Assembly (NCBI RefSeq): GCF_021869535.1
Contig: NW_026262690.1
Span: forward strand, 112,220,001 to 112,284,000
Direction: 5' to 3'
DNA from: Mytilus californianus
Lineage: Eukaryota
Length of the DNA stretch: 64,000 bases
Below the pieces are notes generated by a model. That model was not told the origin of the DNA. It was given only the letters and a program-made list of their open reading frames with translations, and did not search any database. The position numbers and the translations under genes were made by a program. Each line of letters opens with the position of its first letter. The first letter of the stretch is position 1. Shown here in pieces: positions 37,801-52,900 of this stretch.

Positions 37801-40800
37801 ATGTTAACTGGCAGAAAAACTAAGTCCATTTATAGGTAAAATACGGAAAAAATGGATTTTTTTTTTTACAAAATTTACTTCTGGATACTATCTTATGATC
37901 ATAAACAAGCTTCTTTCCAAGTTTGGTAGAAATCCAGGATAGTTTAAGAAAGTTATTAAAATTTCAAAAACTTTAACCACAGAGTGAATGTAATGTTTCC
38001 TGGCAGAAAAACTAAGTCCATTTATAAGTAAATTACGGAAAAAATGGAACAAAATTTTTAAAAATTTCCTTCTAGATACTAGCTTTTAATCATAAACAAG
38101 CTTCTGTCCATGTTTGGTACAAATCCAGGATAGTTTAAGAAAGTTATTAAAATTTGAAAAACTTTAACCACAGAGTGAATGTAATGTTAACTGGCAGAAA
38201 AACTAAGTCCATTTATAGGTAAAATACGGAAAAAATGGATTTTTTTTTTTACAAAATTTACTTTTGAATATTATCTTATCATCATAAACAAGCCTCTGTC
38301 CAAGTTTGGTAGAAATCCAGGATAGTTTAAGAAAGTTATTAAAATTTCAAAAACTTTAACCACAGAGTGAATATTTGTGGACGCCGCCGATGACGACAAC
38401 AACGACGACGACGCCGCCGACGACGGAATGTAGGATCGCTATGTCTCGCTTTTTCGACAAAAGTCGAAGGCTCGACAAAAAGTATATGAAAATTTGACGG
38501 GAAACGAAAGTCAATATAACCTTGTTTCTTTTTTGAGAAAACCGGAATTACATTTTTTTCTAAATTTTGTCGTATAATAAAAAGAGCAAGAACATTGGCC
38601 ATATTGTATCTGGTTACATAATTTTTTCAAATTATTATCTATGAGGGGTTGATTGTACGCTGCTTTACTGTTCATTATTGAATTTATGTTGCAAGTTTTT
38701 TCAAAAGATGTAAAAGGTTTTACTACAAGTATCTTATATAAATTTAACATTATCCCTGGTCTTATATAAATTTAACATTTTCTCTTATATAGATTTAACA
38801 TAATCCCTGATCTTATATAAATTTAACATGATCCCTGGTCTTATATAAATTTAAGATTATCCCTGATCTTATATAAATTTAACATTATCCCTGATCTTAT
38901 ATAAATTTAACATTATCCCTGGTCTTATATAAATTTGACATTATCCCTGATCTTATATAAATTTAACATTATCCCTGATCTTAATTAAATTTAACATTAT
39001 CCCTGATCTTATAAAATTTAACATTATCCCTGATCTTATATAAATTTAACATTATCCCTGATCTTATATAATTTAACGTTAACCCTGATCTCATATAAAT
39101 TTAACATTATCCCTGATCTTATATAAATTTAACATTATCCCTGATCTTATATAAATTTAACATTATTCCTGATCTTATTTAAATTTAACATTATCCCTGA
39201 TCTTATATAAATTTAACATTATCCATGGTCTTATATAAATTTAACATTATCCCTGATCTCATATAATTTAACGTTATCCCTGATCTCATATAAATTTAAT
39301 ATTATCCCTGATCTTATATAAATTTAACGTTATCCCTGATCTTATATAAATTTAACATTATCCCTGGTCTTATATAAATTAAACATTATCCCTGATCTCA
39401 TATAAATTTAACATTATCCCTGGTACATGAAAAAGAGGCTCAGGTCATCAGAACACACAAGACAGACATTTAAACCTTTCAATCATTCCATACTACAAAT
39501 ATAAACAACCTATTGCTTTAAGTCACTGTCTGCATGAGAAACGGACCTAAATGGATTAGACCGTTGATTTTCCTGTTTGAATTGTCTTACACTAGTCATT
39601 TTGGGACCCGTTATAGCTTGCTGTTCGGAGTGAGCCAAGGCTCCGTGTTGAAGTGTACACCTTACAATCATTCAATATACCAAATATTTCGTATAATATT
39701 CCAAAAACTTGTGTTGATCAATGGAAAAAAAAGAAGTAGATGAAGGTCAGATGAGCCCTGTCAGACGGACGTGTACACCTTATAATAATTCCATACACAA
39801 AATATAATAGTTGACCTATTGCTTATGGTTTATAACTGATAAAAGAGGGGCGAAAGATACCAAAGGGACATTCAAACTCATAAGTCGAAAATAAATTGAC
39901 AACGCCATGGCTAAAAAAGAAAAAGACAAACAATAGTACACAAAACATAACATAGAAAACTAAAGACTGAGCAACATGAACCCCACCAAAAACTGGGGGT
40001 GATCTCAGGTGCTCCGGAAGGGTACGCAGATGCTGCTCCACAGGTGGCACCCGTCGTGATAAACGGACTTGACCACGAAATTTAATTGATCACCAATCCA
40101 TTAAACAGGTCAACCAAAAAAAAAGGAGCTATAAACTGGAGCATATACTGATTGGCGCCGCCTTCAAACATGTTTAATCCCGCCCCCTTCTCTATGTGTC
40201 TATTTCAAGTGAAGAGTGTGTAGTACGTTGACTGTCGTTGGTTCATGTCTGTCATATTTGTTATTCGTTAATTGTTTTGTTATAAATTAGGCCTTAGTTT
40301 TCTCAATAGAATTGTTTCATACTTTTCATGTCGGGACCTTTTATAGCCGACACTATACGGGATGGGTTTTTCTCATCGTTGAAGACCGTACGGTGCCTAT
40401 AATTGCTTACATCCACTTCATATGAACATTTACATATAGAATAGAGCTGTCAAAAAGTATGTTCAAGTACATACACTCCTTCTTATCAAGCACATGAGTC
40501 TATGGGACAAAGATATAATTCCAGATTTCAAAACTTTAACTATCTGACGGGTGGGTTAACGAAGTACAAATTACATGACGTAATTTTACATCAGACGATT
40601 TGGAACTGTTTGTTAAAACATGCATTTTATTGTGAATAATATCAAATTATATCCTATAATACTTAGTTAATCAAATGCACTTTAACTTGCTTCATAGATA
40701 GATACCTAGTGAGCACTGCCTTTGTAAACAACTGTTAAAACATCGGGTGTTCTGCAACGCAAATCTTAGACACCGTATATCTATGTCGTAAAACCATTAT

Positions 40801-43800
40801 TCAATTAGTTCGGTGTCTACTTAATAACAATTTCATGTTGTAGAATTACCGAATTTACATTTGTTTTGAAAATAATTACAACAATTTGTAACTACGCAGT
40901 TTGAATTGAAAAAAACATGTTAATCAAAAACATTGTAATTTTCTATTAGTTTGTACACTTTTTTTGGGGGGGGGGGGGGAGGGGGAGGCTCTCGTAGCTA
41001 GTCAGGGCCATGACTAATCCCTTTCAGGTAGGGCTAAAAGAGAGAGGCGAAAACAATGTATATGACGATACCATACCCGAAGCCCCACATTGTCTGTTTA
41101 AATATTAATATATTTTTTAACTAAATAGCTAATATTTCTTTCCTAGTAAATCGTTTCGATAGTTATAGGCTTTTGGAATCATATGAACAAGAGGCTCATA
41201 TGCAATCAAATTAAAATAAAATATCCACTCGCTCTTTTTTAGCGACCACGCATAACAAAACATACAGTAAATGTAATTAACTTTCGACGTAAAAGCCATT
41301 TCAAATATCATGGAAACGTCGACTGCGCTTGTGCAACGTTATTGCAACTCCGACCGTCAACCGTAGAATTGACGGTAAACGATATCCAATCAAAATTTGC
41401 GTTACATCACCATAATACTTTAGTATTGAAGAAAACAGAGGTTGGAAAAACTGACAGTTTATGAAAAACACTAATTTTTTATAATAGTCCAGCAGAGAAT
41501 ATTCGACATGTCATTTTACAGCTATCTTGACAAGTGTCTGATTTACATAACTGAAAAGTTATAATTAACTTTAAATTTGTGTCAATGTATTTACATAACA
41601 TCTTCACCATACTACAGATAAAACTGTTTAAATGACAAATACAAGTGTTTGATATATCATCATTGTGTAGCTAAATAACACTCGTGGTAAGTATGTTACA
41701 GTCAAGAACCTTTCAAATGCTACAAACTTCTATGTTGTTATGCAGAAAACACAATTTGTGTACTATACCAGGTTCGTTTTAGCCGTTATATTTCCCTATT
41801 CGTATATTTACAAACAACACGCGCACATACAACAACAATCTATAATTTCATCAATCTTTATTATTATAAATTGTTTATCATATTTTGTTTTTAATAAATT
41901 GAAGGAAGAAGGTAATTACGATGTTGAAAAAAAAGAAAGAACGGAGAGAAAAAAAGATAAAAAATAATATAATTCAATATATTCAATATCTTGAGAACTA
42001 TGTGTTAGTAACTTTAAGGTCCTTTTTGGTCAAATGACTTTTTTTTTTTTATAAGAAAAACATTTCTACATAATTGTGTGCTGACGGAAAAGAGAGTTTG
42101 TAGGGTAGGAACAGAAATTTTATCACCTTGTCCTCAGGTTTCACCTGTGACATAATATATAAAGAAAAACCTTCGAGATTCTAGTCCCGTTAGTATAATC
42201 AGAGACATATATATGTCTCTGGTATAATGGTCCCAGGTTTTACATATCTTAATACATTTGTAGGCCATTTTACGAAAAAAACAAAGTCACCCTGTTCCAT
42301 AATTCGAACCGTTTCCCATCGAATTATTAAACAAGTCAACTGCACTTATTAATATCGTTGACGTTTTCTCTAAGCTATCATTTTGATGTGAAATTTATAA
42401 TAATTTAGTTCATTCAAATAGAACACCTAAGTAGAACCGAAAAGTTAATTTGTAAGTTAATAAATCAAATTAAACAATAAAAGTGATTGTGTCCTTAGTT
42501 TGTATGAATACTAAGGTTTATATTTAAAGATGACACCTAATATATTATATAACCTTTCAACAGTGAAGTACCCATATACAGAAGTCAACAATATGCAGGT
42601 GTCAAAATGTAATAAATAACCAATCAACAACAGCCATATCTCGTCCTTCTATCTAACCTCGAATCAATAAAATCAAGGGAAAAAATTACTAATACAAACT
42701 TATCAATTAAAAATTTCATAGTCACTGTCAGTCTAGACGTCAAGCCTTATATATAAGCTTCATATCGTAAAAACTACATTTCACAAAATCTGATATATTA
42801 AAAATATTGGGCGAATTGTCGCCAGTAGTCGGAATATTGACGTTCGTCAATAGTCGTATAGTCCGGTTCAATGTTATTTTTAATTTAATAAATTAAACAA
42901 TTGAAATTTTAAGTCAAGTAAAGTGTCTACATATTGTTGTTATATAATCTAGAAAATCACGTTTTTCTTGTATATTTCCATTTCATTTCTAAGGTATATA
43001 ACAAATTAAAAGGCCACTTTTCTGACATGTATATATGACGACAAACAAATAGCAAAATCATTTTTTTTTTATCAAAAATGTATATGAATAAAAGGAGATA
43101 TGGGGTATAATATGTCGATGGGACTGATATCAACCTAACAATAAAAAAAATGATGCATGCATGGGGAATAAAAACGAAACCCAAAATAACGAAACTGGTA
43201 TTATTTTATTTAGATTCTTCTTTGATTGATAAATCATTAAGAAACTAAGGTTCCAACTCTCTCAGGTAAAGTTGATCTTAGATGGAATTGGCTATTATTT
43301 TCTGTTCTTTTTGTTCATATAGCTCTTCACCTGTTTCGGTTCTTATACATTCTTAATTGGCTTTCATTTATTCGGCTTTGAGCGTTCCCGATGAAGGTCA
43401 ATCCAGAAAAGCACTGCGGACGCATATACTTTATAAAGTGTAATGGTCATTTTTTATTCAATCGTCAGTCTGTTGTTTTACGTCGGGTCTGATCGATAAT
43501 GATTAATTTATGTTATCGTAGTTAAAGTAAATCAGTATCAATTCTGTGGACGGGTTTGTAGGTGGCCTTTTGTAAGGTCAAATATCTTACCTTTCCAAAT
43601 ACGAACTTGTATAATTTTCCGATCTTTCCTCCAGTATACACACACAATTTACCTATTACAAACTAATACATATATACCGTGTATATACTTAGTCTAACAA
43701 CCAATCATTCTGACATAATGTTGTAGAAGAGTTAGTATTTTGATATAAATTCTTTAGACAATTGGAACATTAATAACTGTCTTTACTTTTAATATTAATC

Positions 43801-43872
43801 ATATCGTTTTAACAGCCGAGCAAAATATCAATTACCTTCTAGTTCTTTAAAAAAAAAAAACTTTCTCCAGCC

Positions 43873-43905
<33 letters not shown>

Positions 43906-46900
43906 TTTTCCAAAAAAGCTGGAAAAACTGTGAGTAAAAACCACACAAAACTAAGTTTATCTTTTTATTTTTGTAACAAATGTAAGTATAAAGGTATCTC
44001 GAGTAGGTAAAAAAACTATGCAATGTAGTCCTTCTTTAGATAACCTCCTAGTGAAGAAATGTCAAACTTGACATGTTAAGATAACAATCGTATGATATCC
44101 TATCATTACTGTAAGTGACTTTACGTTTTGTTTTTCTGTATGTTTTAGTCCAAATATATGACTAAAATTCTTACCATGTGAAGGGGTGGACCCAGCAACT
44201 TTTGAAAATGTGGTAGACTGATAAATCTTTATCAAAACGAAATATAGCAGGTATCAAGCCAGGGGACAGCACTCGTCAGTCTAGAAATGTGGGAGTACTA
44301 CAATGATATCCTTGGGAAATAACTATCAAGTCTTAATTTTGTTGAACTTTTTACGTATTTTCTTTTAAGTAATAAAATAGAAACTAGGTGTACTACGATC
44401 GAAACTTCTCCCTTTAAATCGCATTTAAAACTACATTAATCAGTCTTCCAATACCAGTTATATAATAGAGGACGACAAGTTGAAAATTACATGTATACAA
44501 ATGTAAAAACTAGAGAAGATACGAAGGGAAAATAAAAAAAAAAAACATCAGTCAAACACTATGACCAATAGGAAAGGACTACAAGAAAGACAGCAGTCCA
44601 TAAAACACAGCACAAAAAAAACTAAAGATGAAACAACACGAAGTCCACAAAAAGCCTGGGGGAAAGGGATCTGTAATCCGGAAGGATAAGCAGTTCTCCG
44701 GAAGGATAAGCAGTGCTCCGGAAGGGTAAGCAGTGCTCCGGAAGGATTAACAGTGCTCCGGAAGGGTAAGCAGTGCTCCGGAAGGGTACGCAGTGCTCCG
44801 GAAGGATTAGCAGTGCTCAGGAAGGATTAACAGTGCTCCGGAAGGATAATCAGTGCTCCGGAAGGGTAAGCAATGCTCCGGAAGGGTAATCAGTGCTCCG
44901 GAAGGATAAGCAGTTCTCCGGAAGGATTAGCAGTGCTCCGGAAGGATAAGCAGTTCTCTGGAAGTATAAGGAGTTCTCCGGAAGGATAAGCAGTGCTCCG
45001 GAAGGATTAGCAGTGCTCCGGAAGGGTAAGCAGTGTTCCGGAGGATAAGCAGTGCTCCGTAAGGGTGCTTCGAAAGGGTAAGCAGTTCCTGCTCTACCAA
45101 TAGAAGAATGTTTGATTCAGAATGCGAATTACACATTCATGAATACTAAATTGAAATCCATTTACTGATAGTACACATATGATACTGAATTTGAGTATAA
45201 GGAGGTTTCCGGAAATGTATGAATCAGGCAGCAATCCAGCAATACAAAAAAAAAAAAACAGAGAGAGAGAGAGAGCTTTGATGCGATGTCGTCCACCTGG
45301 ATTTGCAGGGTATATTAATAAATACGCAGTTATATCTGCTTGAAAATTTGGAAGTCATGCAAATCCAATGCACTGTTGAGAGCATGTAATGCTCTCAAAA
45401 TCTTTTTAACAACTATTGATACCTAAAACATCCTTATATGTTCAACATGCCTACAATGCCAGTTGTATTCCCAATGTCCAGACTATTCGATCACCACCAT
45501 CCATACACTTCAGGGTTGCTATATTGTATGATTGTCTCTATACCTAAATATGCAAGGCAAATGTGTGCCACTAGACGTTAAAATCATATAAAATTACCAC
45601 AGCAATCACTAAGTGTTTTTAATAAGATTTATAATTACTAGTAACATATTACACATTTGTTGCAAATATGATATAGAAATAAAATAATAATTAACTAGGC
45701 TATGGATATAACCACAAAACTGAATAAAAGTTTAAACTAAGAATAATCTACATAAAAAACATATGAAGATACACAACGGAAACCGAACATAGAATAAAAG
45801 TAACAACTATTTCCATGTATACGATTTTCTATTTATACATTGGCGAAAACCAGTTAGGCCAGGTTTTTCTTCTGTTTTTGTTTCGTATTATTTGTTTTAC
45901 TTGTTTTACCGTTGCTCTTTAGTAGTTATGAGAGTGTGGAAGGGGGTTTACAGAATAGAAAATAATGGGCAAAAAATATAAGGAATAGAGAAAAATGGAC
46001 CAAAAAAATAAAGAAGAGAGAGTAATGGGCAAATAGTATATAGAGTAGAGAATAATGGCCTGAAAAATTAATGAATACAGAAATGATGACCCCCCACCCA
46101 GACCCTCAGTTATAAACATTTTTTTTTTTTTCATTTTTTGTATTAAAAAAGGTAAATTACACTACAGGGAGGTAACTCTGTAAAAATCATCTGAACGTTT
46201 TAATCACGTTCTATTGTTAAGGAAATATTAAGCTTCTCAACGATCTAAATTAGTGATTGTCAAACTGCTATATATCCAATGAAATTTTTCCGATAAAGTT
46301 TGTGGTTCAAGTTTTTGAAATTCTAATTTTTTTTCAAAGGGTCAAAGTAAATATTTTGTAAAAATTTTATGAAAATTAAACGAGCCAAATTAATTTTAGT
46401 CAAGATGTTTGGTACCACCTTAAATTTGCAAGCCTTTAAACTGACTGTATTACTAATTTCAAACTCCACAGCTTCAATAAACTGGACTTTATATGTTTTG
46501 GACATGTAAGTTCTGAATGTCTATTCAATAAAAATAAAAGAAAAACTAAAATGAAAAGTTATAACTTGCTCCAAGTGAGACATTTAAGCGCTAATTTTAT
46601 TATTTTCCATTTGCTCCTTCGGATAGGAAAAAAAAATGGGGAACACTTTAATATAACATTTCAAGTAAAATTTTCACTAATGTTGTTATACTCTGTAGTA
46701 TTGCTGTGAACCAAAATGGCGGTAGAAAAACCCCGACACCTTGAATCTTCTGTACTAGTAAGACTCGAGTGTAAGAGAACAACCAGTCATGTTGAAGAGG
46801 ACAAGATAATTTCTTTTCGAAAATTCGAAATTCGATCAATTGATTGATTGATTGATTGTTTCTTGCATCCAGTGTCAACATAACTAGAAAGTCGTAAAAT

Positions 46901-49900
46901 ATTATATTTAAAACATGTAAATAAAATTGTGTATTTTTATGCAATTTTTAAAGGTTCTAAGTGCGTCGAATTTTGGAGTCACATAACTCAATGCTTTCGA
47001 ACCCCTTTAATAAGTAGAAAAACTGTCATTCTTCTAAATCGGACAACAGAAAACATTTACGGGGCTAATCCTTTACTTCTTTGACTAAAACAGAAACAAA
47101 AAAGTTCTACTGAATTTCTAAAAACTGAATGCAAGTAAAACGTAACATTAAGTTAAATTTTCAGACATAAGATATTAGAATTTCACTGATGATATGTTAC
47201 ATTCAAGGCTAACTAATCAGAAACATTCGTGCTTAAACTTTAATGATCTGTCTTGGGGTATTGTTGTGTTTTATACATCAAGCTTTGTAGAAGAACCAGG
47301 TAACACAGGTGTGGAAACCAGTCATCACAGGTGTTGTTTTATATCAGAAACGAGACTGTAATAAATTAAATTCACAGTATCTTTAAAACTATATATCTAT
47401 CAAAATTGTTTTCAACTCGGCTGTTGGATGTCATAAAGAGAGTACAAAGGCATTTTGATCAGGATGTCTGCACAGTACACACCTGTACAAACAAAATACA
47501 TATTATCTAAAAGCATGTCAAATTCCGTCAGTTCTGGATCAATTCAGTCGCATATGTGAAAAATATACATGGAGAACGTTGACATGTGTCCTTGTGCACT
47601 AAGCTTATAGTTGCTTATTTACATCCACTTCATTTAAACTCTGGTGAATAGTTGTCTCATTGGCAATCATACCACATCTCCTTATTTTTATATTAGGTAA
47701 ATGTCTTGCGCTATCCTTTTTTCATGCAATACAAGTCTCCGATTTAACCAACCCCAAGTTTAGGTTTATTGGGTTAGAAATATCGGTTCGTCTTGCTTTG
47801 ATCTTAGATGTTTTTGATTAATATAAATGAGAACAGAGGAAACTCTTGTCTGAGTGTAAGCATAATTACGCAACCTAAGCGGCACCTCCTCTGTTTTTTT
47901 TCTTTTGTCTCTCTTTTGTTGACTAATGTTTTTTTTTTATTGGCCATAACTTATCTTCCCACTTTTTTTTTATAAAATTTCTGGTTGGGTTTTTGCATAA
48001 ATAATTCAAATGCTCCTTAGGAAAGCGATCTTTTAAAGACCAGCTACAAAATTTTGGATCATGTTTATTATGTAGTAAAGGCAACACGAGCCATAACTAA
48101 AATTGCTTTATTTCACTGATGAATGTTTTTATAATCTTACTCAATGCTGTAACATTTCGCACTAGACGTTTCAGACCTTGCTAATGATTGTCATGTCTTA
48201 TCTAGACCCTTAAACATTTACCGCTTAACGTTTTCAAACCCTGATTTGGATTACAAAAAATTCCACTGAACTAGTTCATCCCCAAACTTAAGATGATAAA
48301 TACTAGCAATCTGTAGTTTTCCAATCCATTTTAAAATTATCCAATAGTCTAGGGACTAAAACATTTGTTTTTGTTTTTAATTTACCTTCTTATTAAAGAG
48401 GTTTTAAAGTGCACATACACTCAGAAGAAATAGATATAAGAAGATGTGGTATGAGTGCCAATGAGACAACTCTCCATCCAAGTCAAAATTTATAAAAGTA
48501 AACCATTATAGGTCACAGTACGGTCTTCAACACGGAGCCTTGGCTCACACCGAACAGTAAGCTATAAAGGGCCCCAAAAGATTACTAGTGTAAAACCATT
48601 CAAACGGGAAAACAAACGGTCTAATCTATATAAAAAACGAGAAACGAGAAACACTTATGAACCACATCAACAAACGACAACTACTGAACATCAGATTCCT
48701 GACGTATATTTAGATGTTCAATATGTTTACATTATAAAACACTGGCTGAAAACGATAAAAATGTAATTGACTTTGTTTGTCTGAGCAATCGTTTTCCACC
48801 ACTATGCCTTTTAACGACTGCCAGAACAATTTTGCCTCAATCTTGCCTTAACGATTGCCTAAGCTATTTTGCCTCTATCTTGCCTTGATGTTTGATCAAT
48901 CGTTACTATTAATACCGGGCACGGGCAATGACAGTTTCTCTTAGTCTCAACACCTTGCTATTTTGCCTCTATCTTGTCTTGATCGAATGTTTGATCAATC
49001 GTTACTACTAATACCGGGCATGAACAAATGATAGTTTCTCTTAGTTTCAACGCCTTGCTATTTTGCCTCTATCTTGTCTTGATCGAATGTTTGATCAATT
49101 GTTACTATTAATACCGTGCACGAACCATGACAGTTTCTCTTAGTCTCAACACCTTGCTATTTTGCCTCTATCTTGTCTTGATCGAATGTTTGATCAATCG
49201 TTACTATTAATGCCGGGCACGGGCAATGACAGTTTCTCTTAGTCTCAACACCTTGCTATTTTGCCTCTATCTTGTCTTGATCGAATGTTTGATCAATCGT
49301 TACTAATAATACCGGGCATGAACAAATGATAGTTTCTCTAAGTTTCAACACCTTGCTTTTTTGCCTCTATCTTGTCTTGATCGAATGTTTGATCAATCGT
49401 TACTATTAATACCGTGCACGAACCATGACAGTTTCTCTTAGTTTCATTACTTGCGATTTGTTGCATATCTTGCCTTGATGGAATGTTTAATCAATCGTTA
49501 CTCTGCCTTTCACGAACTATGACAGTTTCTCCTTAAGGATATATAATGTATTTTTAAAGTGGCATTCAATAAGAATAATTAGTACATGTTGGGTAATATT
49601 GGCTGCTGATTCAGAAGCAACAAGCAATGAAAGTCCAATTGTTGTTCACTTTTGACATGTTATTGTTTTTCTTATGATTGCACCGAATTCAATACCTTTA
49701 CTCAATATTTTCCCTTAAAAAAATAGCCCAGACAAGGGTACATGCAGTACAGTTGACAGTTTTAATGGTATGAAATTAAATATCTGGAAATTTGAGACAT
49801 CTGTAAGACCGAAATAAAACCTGTCAAACTTGTGTAGATTTTTCTTACACAATAATGATATTTGGAGTTTGCATGCGATTTATAAACTTCACCTATTATG

Positions 49901-52900
49901 GAGCACATCATCTAACCTTTGATCTCTGTGGTTAAAGTGAATAACAATAAAACGTTAAATCTGACTTGAGGTACGGGTCGTTATTACCTGATGTATAATG
50001 TATATGCTCCATGACATATAGTCCGACATCAGGTACAAACTATTGTAAATATGATGTATGATGTTCTGAGATCTATGGTATGAATTATTTCTATCTGGTC
50101 TTTTATACTCTACGATATTAAGTGTAAATTTGATTTTTTTTTTATGTGGTAAACTGAATATGATTTATACCCTTTAGTTTTGACTTGGTAAGGGGTTGTT
50201 TAAATTTGTTGCATATAGAACGAATTAATTGTAAGTACATTCATTGGTATAATATGCTTCCTGGCCTACTAACAGTACTGAAGAATCGTTTTGATCTGGT
50301 ATATTTTAAAGATTTGTTAACAGTTATATGAAAATAAGGTCCGAGATGATTGCCAATGAGACAAAATTCTATCCACTAAAAAATGCATGTATCAGCAGTT
50401 TGATATAGACAAACTTTGGACAAGGGCTATGTCAAACTGCAGTTTCATTTTTCGGCTCGTGGATGGAAATTATATCTTAAAATAGACTGTTATAGTGAAG
50501 ACATTTGACAATTTTGATATCTTTAAATTTCTTAAATTTAATTAGTCTGTTTTTTGTTCAATTTTCAAACTTCATAACTTAATGAGAGGGGAAAAACCAT
50601 GCAATATGCAGGTTTATTATTAACAGATTACGATGCGTGTAAAGTGTTATATTTGGAACTTAAATGCAAAAATACAAGGGAAATTTACAAAATAAATACT
50701 GATGCCACCGGGTTGAACCGTCACAATATGTACAATACATGCGCATAATACATGTTTCTTTTATCCAATGTTTACATGTCATTATCCAAACAACACCTGC
50801 ATGCACGTGTTTCGTATACTTCAAAGATATATAATCCTAGTATTTATATCCAATTCTGAGCCTTTTGACAATTTAATACACTACTAAACAAAATGTAAAT
50901 AACTTGATAGCCTTTACCGTAATCCTAACACCCTTTACTTCAATTTAACGAGAGGACTTAATTCCACATAAAAGAAACATTTCGCGCTATTAGAGATTAC
51001 GTTAATCCGACAGGTACTATTAATTTATCTGTGTAGACAGGTAAAAATGTGACAAAACTGTCCACCTACATTTCATTAGTAATTGACCACAATTACGTCG
51101 AACAAAAAAATGCACCGTCAGCGTTCAAAGTTCGAGAACATCTATTTCTGCCTGCCCGGAGTTTGATATAACTTAAAAAGTCAATCTGCACTTCCCTCTT
51201 TGCCATTTTACTGAAGCGGATTTAGAAGGCACTCAAGGAAAGGGTGATGTTAATTAGCCCAACATACTTAGAGGTCTTTATAACAGTCAGTACATGATTG
51301 ATTGATCGATTGTTGTTTGCTTAACATCCTGTGAACATTTTATCCATATATATTGAGATCGAGAACAAATTGAACAATATGTACACCAATTTTGAAAAAC
51401 AAAACAAAACATGGACAGTGACTACCGACAAAAGATTCATAACTTGGGACAGGCAGATTACATGTAACTAGTTTATTGGTCACTACTTCCCATCCAACTA
51501 GCTATAAGTCAGCTGTGCCAGTATTATAGAAGACACAGTCTAAAAAATATTCGATCTATTATGGAACAAACTGAGTTCTTTTTCTATAAATAGATAGAAC
51601 AGTATTTGAACACCTGTAATTTTATACAGTTACATCATATAAAGCTTAAGATCGATTGATTGATTGTTTCATGCATGGTTCAGGAAGAAAACAAATTTAC
51701 TATACATACAATATATACAATAGGCAGGTCCAATAATAGAGACCGTCCAGGATGAAGGTCGGAGAAATTTAGACTGTCACTAGAAAACGAGGGTATATTG
51801 GATAGGGACAGCAATTTTACCTTGCAACAGGCCCCCTGTAGACCCCTTAAATATTATTGCAGTGGTTCTCAACCTACTTAAAGCATAAGAAATATACAAC
51901 TAAGCGAGTTGTCTACAGCCCTTTTGTCGGGAAAATAGTGTAGTGTTTGAAAAGGCAGTATTTAATCCAAAATAAATGATGCGAGATTGAATAAGTTCTT
52001 GTCATTAGTATTTCTAAAGAACCTGCCGTTACCCTAATTTGTTGTCTTTTTCGTCTCTACATGTTATTATAATTAATTAGCAGAACACAATAGTGATGCA
52101 CAATATTCCGTGACCGTAGCAATCTTTTTTTATAATTGAATTATACCAAATGTAATTCACCAAATCATACTGGCATTTAAGAATATTCATTTTATATTCA
52201 ATGCAAAAAGTTAAATATTATAATTTGCATTTAAAAGTTAAGTATTCATCGCCCATTTCCATATATTTGAACAATTTTATGGCAATCAGTTTGATATTAG
52301 AGCATCCCAGAACGACGCTGTAGATAAAGGACGTATTCCAACCCATTCAAGTATGGTCAACTTTGAAAATACCGATAAGGTTTTGTATAGTAACAGTCCC
52401 TGATGCCAATAAAGAAATTTGAATCAAGTGGTCTCTGAAGTTTTGATTGCAAGTGATATAGGATACATAGTATACTGTGAAAGTGATCTCTAAAGTTTGA
52501 TTGCAAGTGATATAGGATACATAGTATACTGTTCAAGTGGTCTCTAAAGTGTGATTGCAAGTGATATAGGATACATGTACATATTATACTGTTTCGTATA
52601 TTAAGGGTCGATGTTGTTTTCGTTAGTTATTCAATATAATATAAGTGATTCTGTATGTTTTGAACATTTGACCCAGATGATTACAAAACTTTGAAGCTAA
52701 ATCGTATGACACGACTAACTATTGTTTTGATATTTCAAAATATTTCACATTACCATATTTATAAAGGTAATCATAGCGTCAAGCATATTTTAGTTGTAAA
52801 ATTAAATATCTTGAAACAACATCATCAGTTGTCCGAAAAGAAACAATAATAAGACAACCAAAGGACAAAACTTAAAGCAATTATACCGAATGAATATACT

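Noticed and set aside
42809-42852. Twin hairpins ggcga-attg-tcgcc and tattgacg-tt-cgtcaata
   Set aside because: No Helitron CTRR end, terminator context or second copy seen.
43876-43905. 30-nt poly-C (and poly-G at 40966-40987) as functional G-quadruplexes
   Set aside because: Homopolymer length is unreliable in assemblies; no independent evidence.
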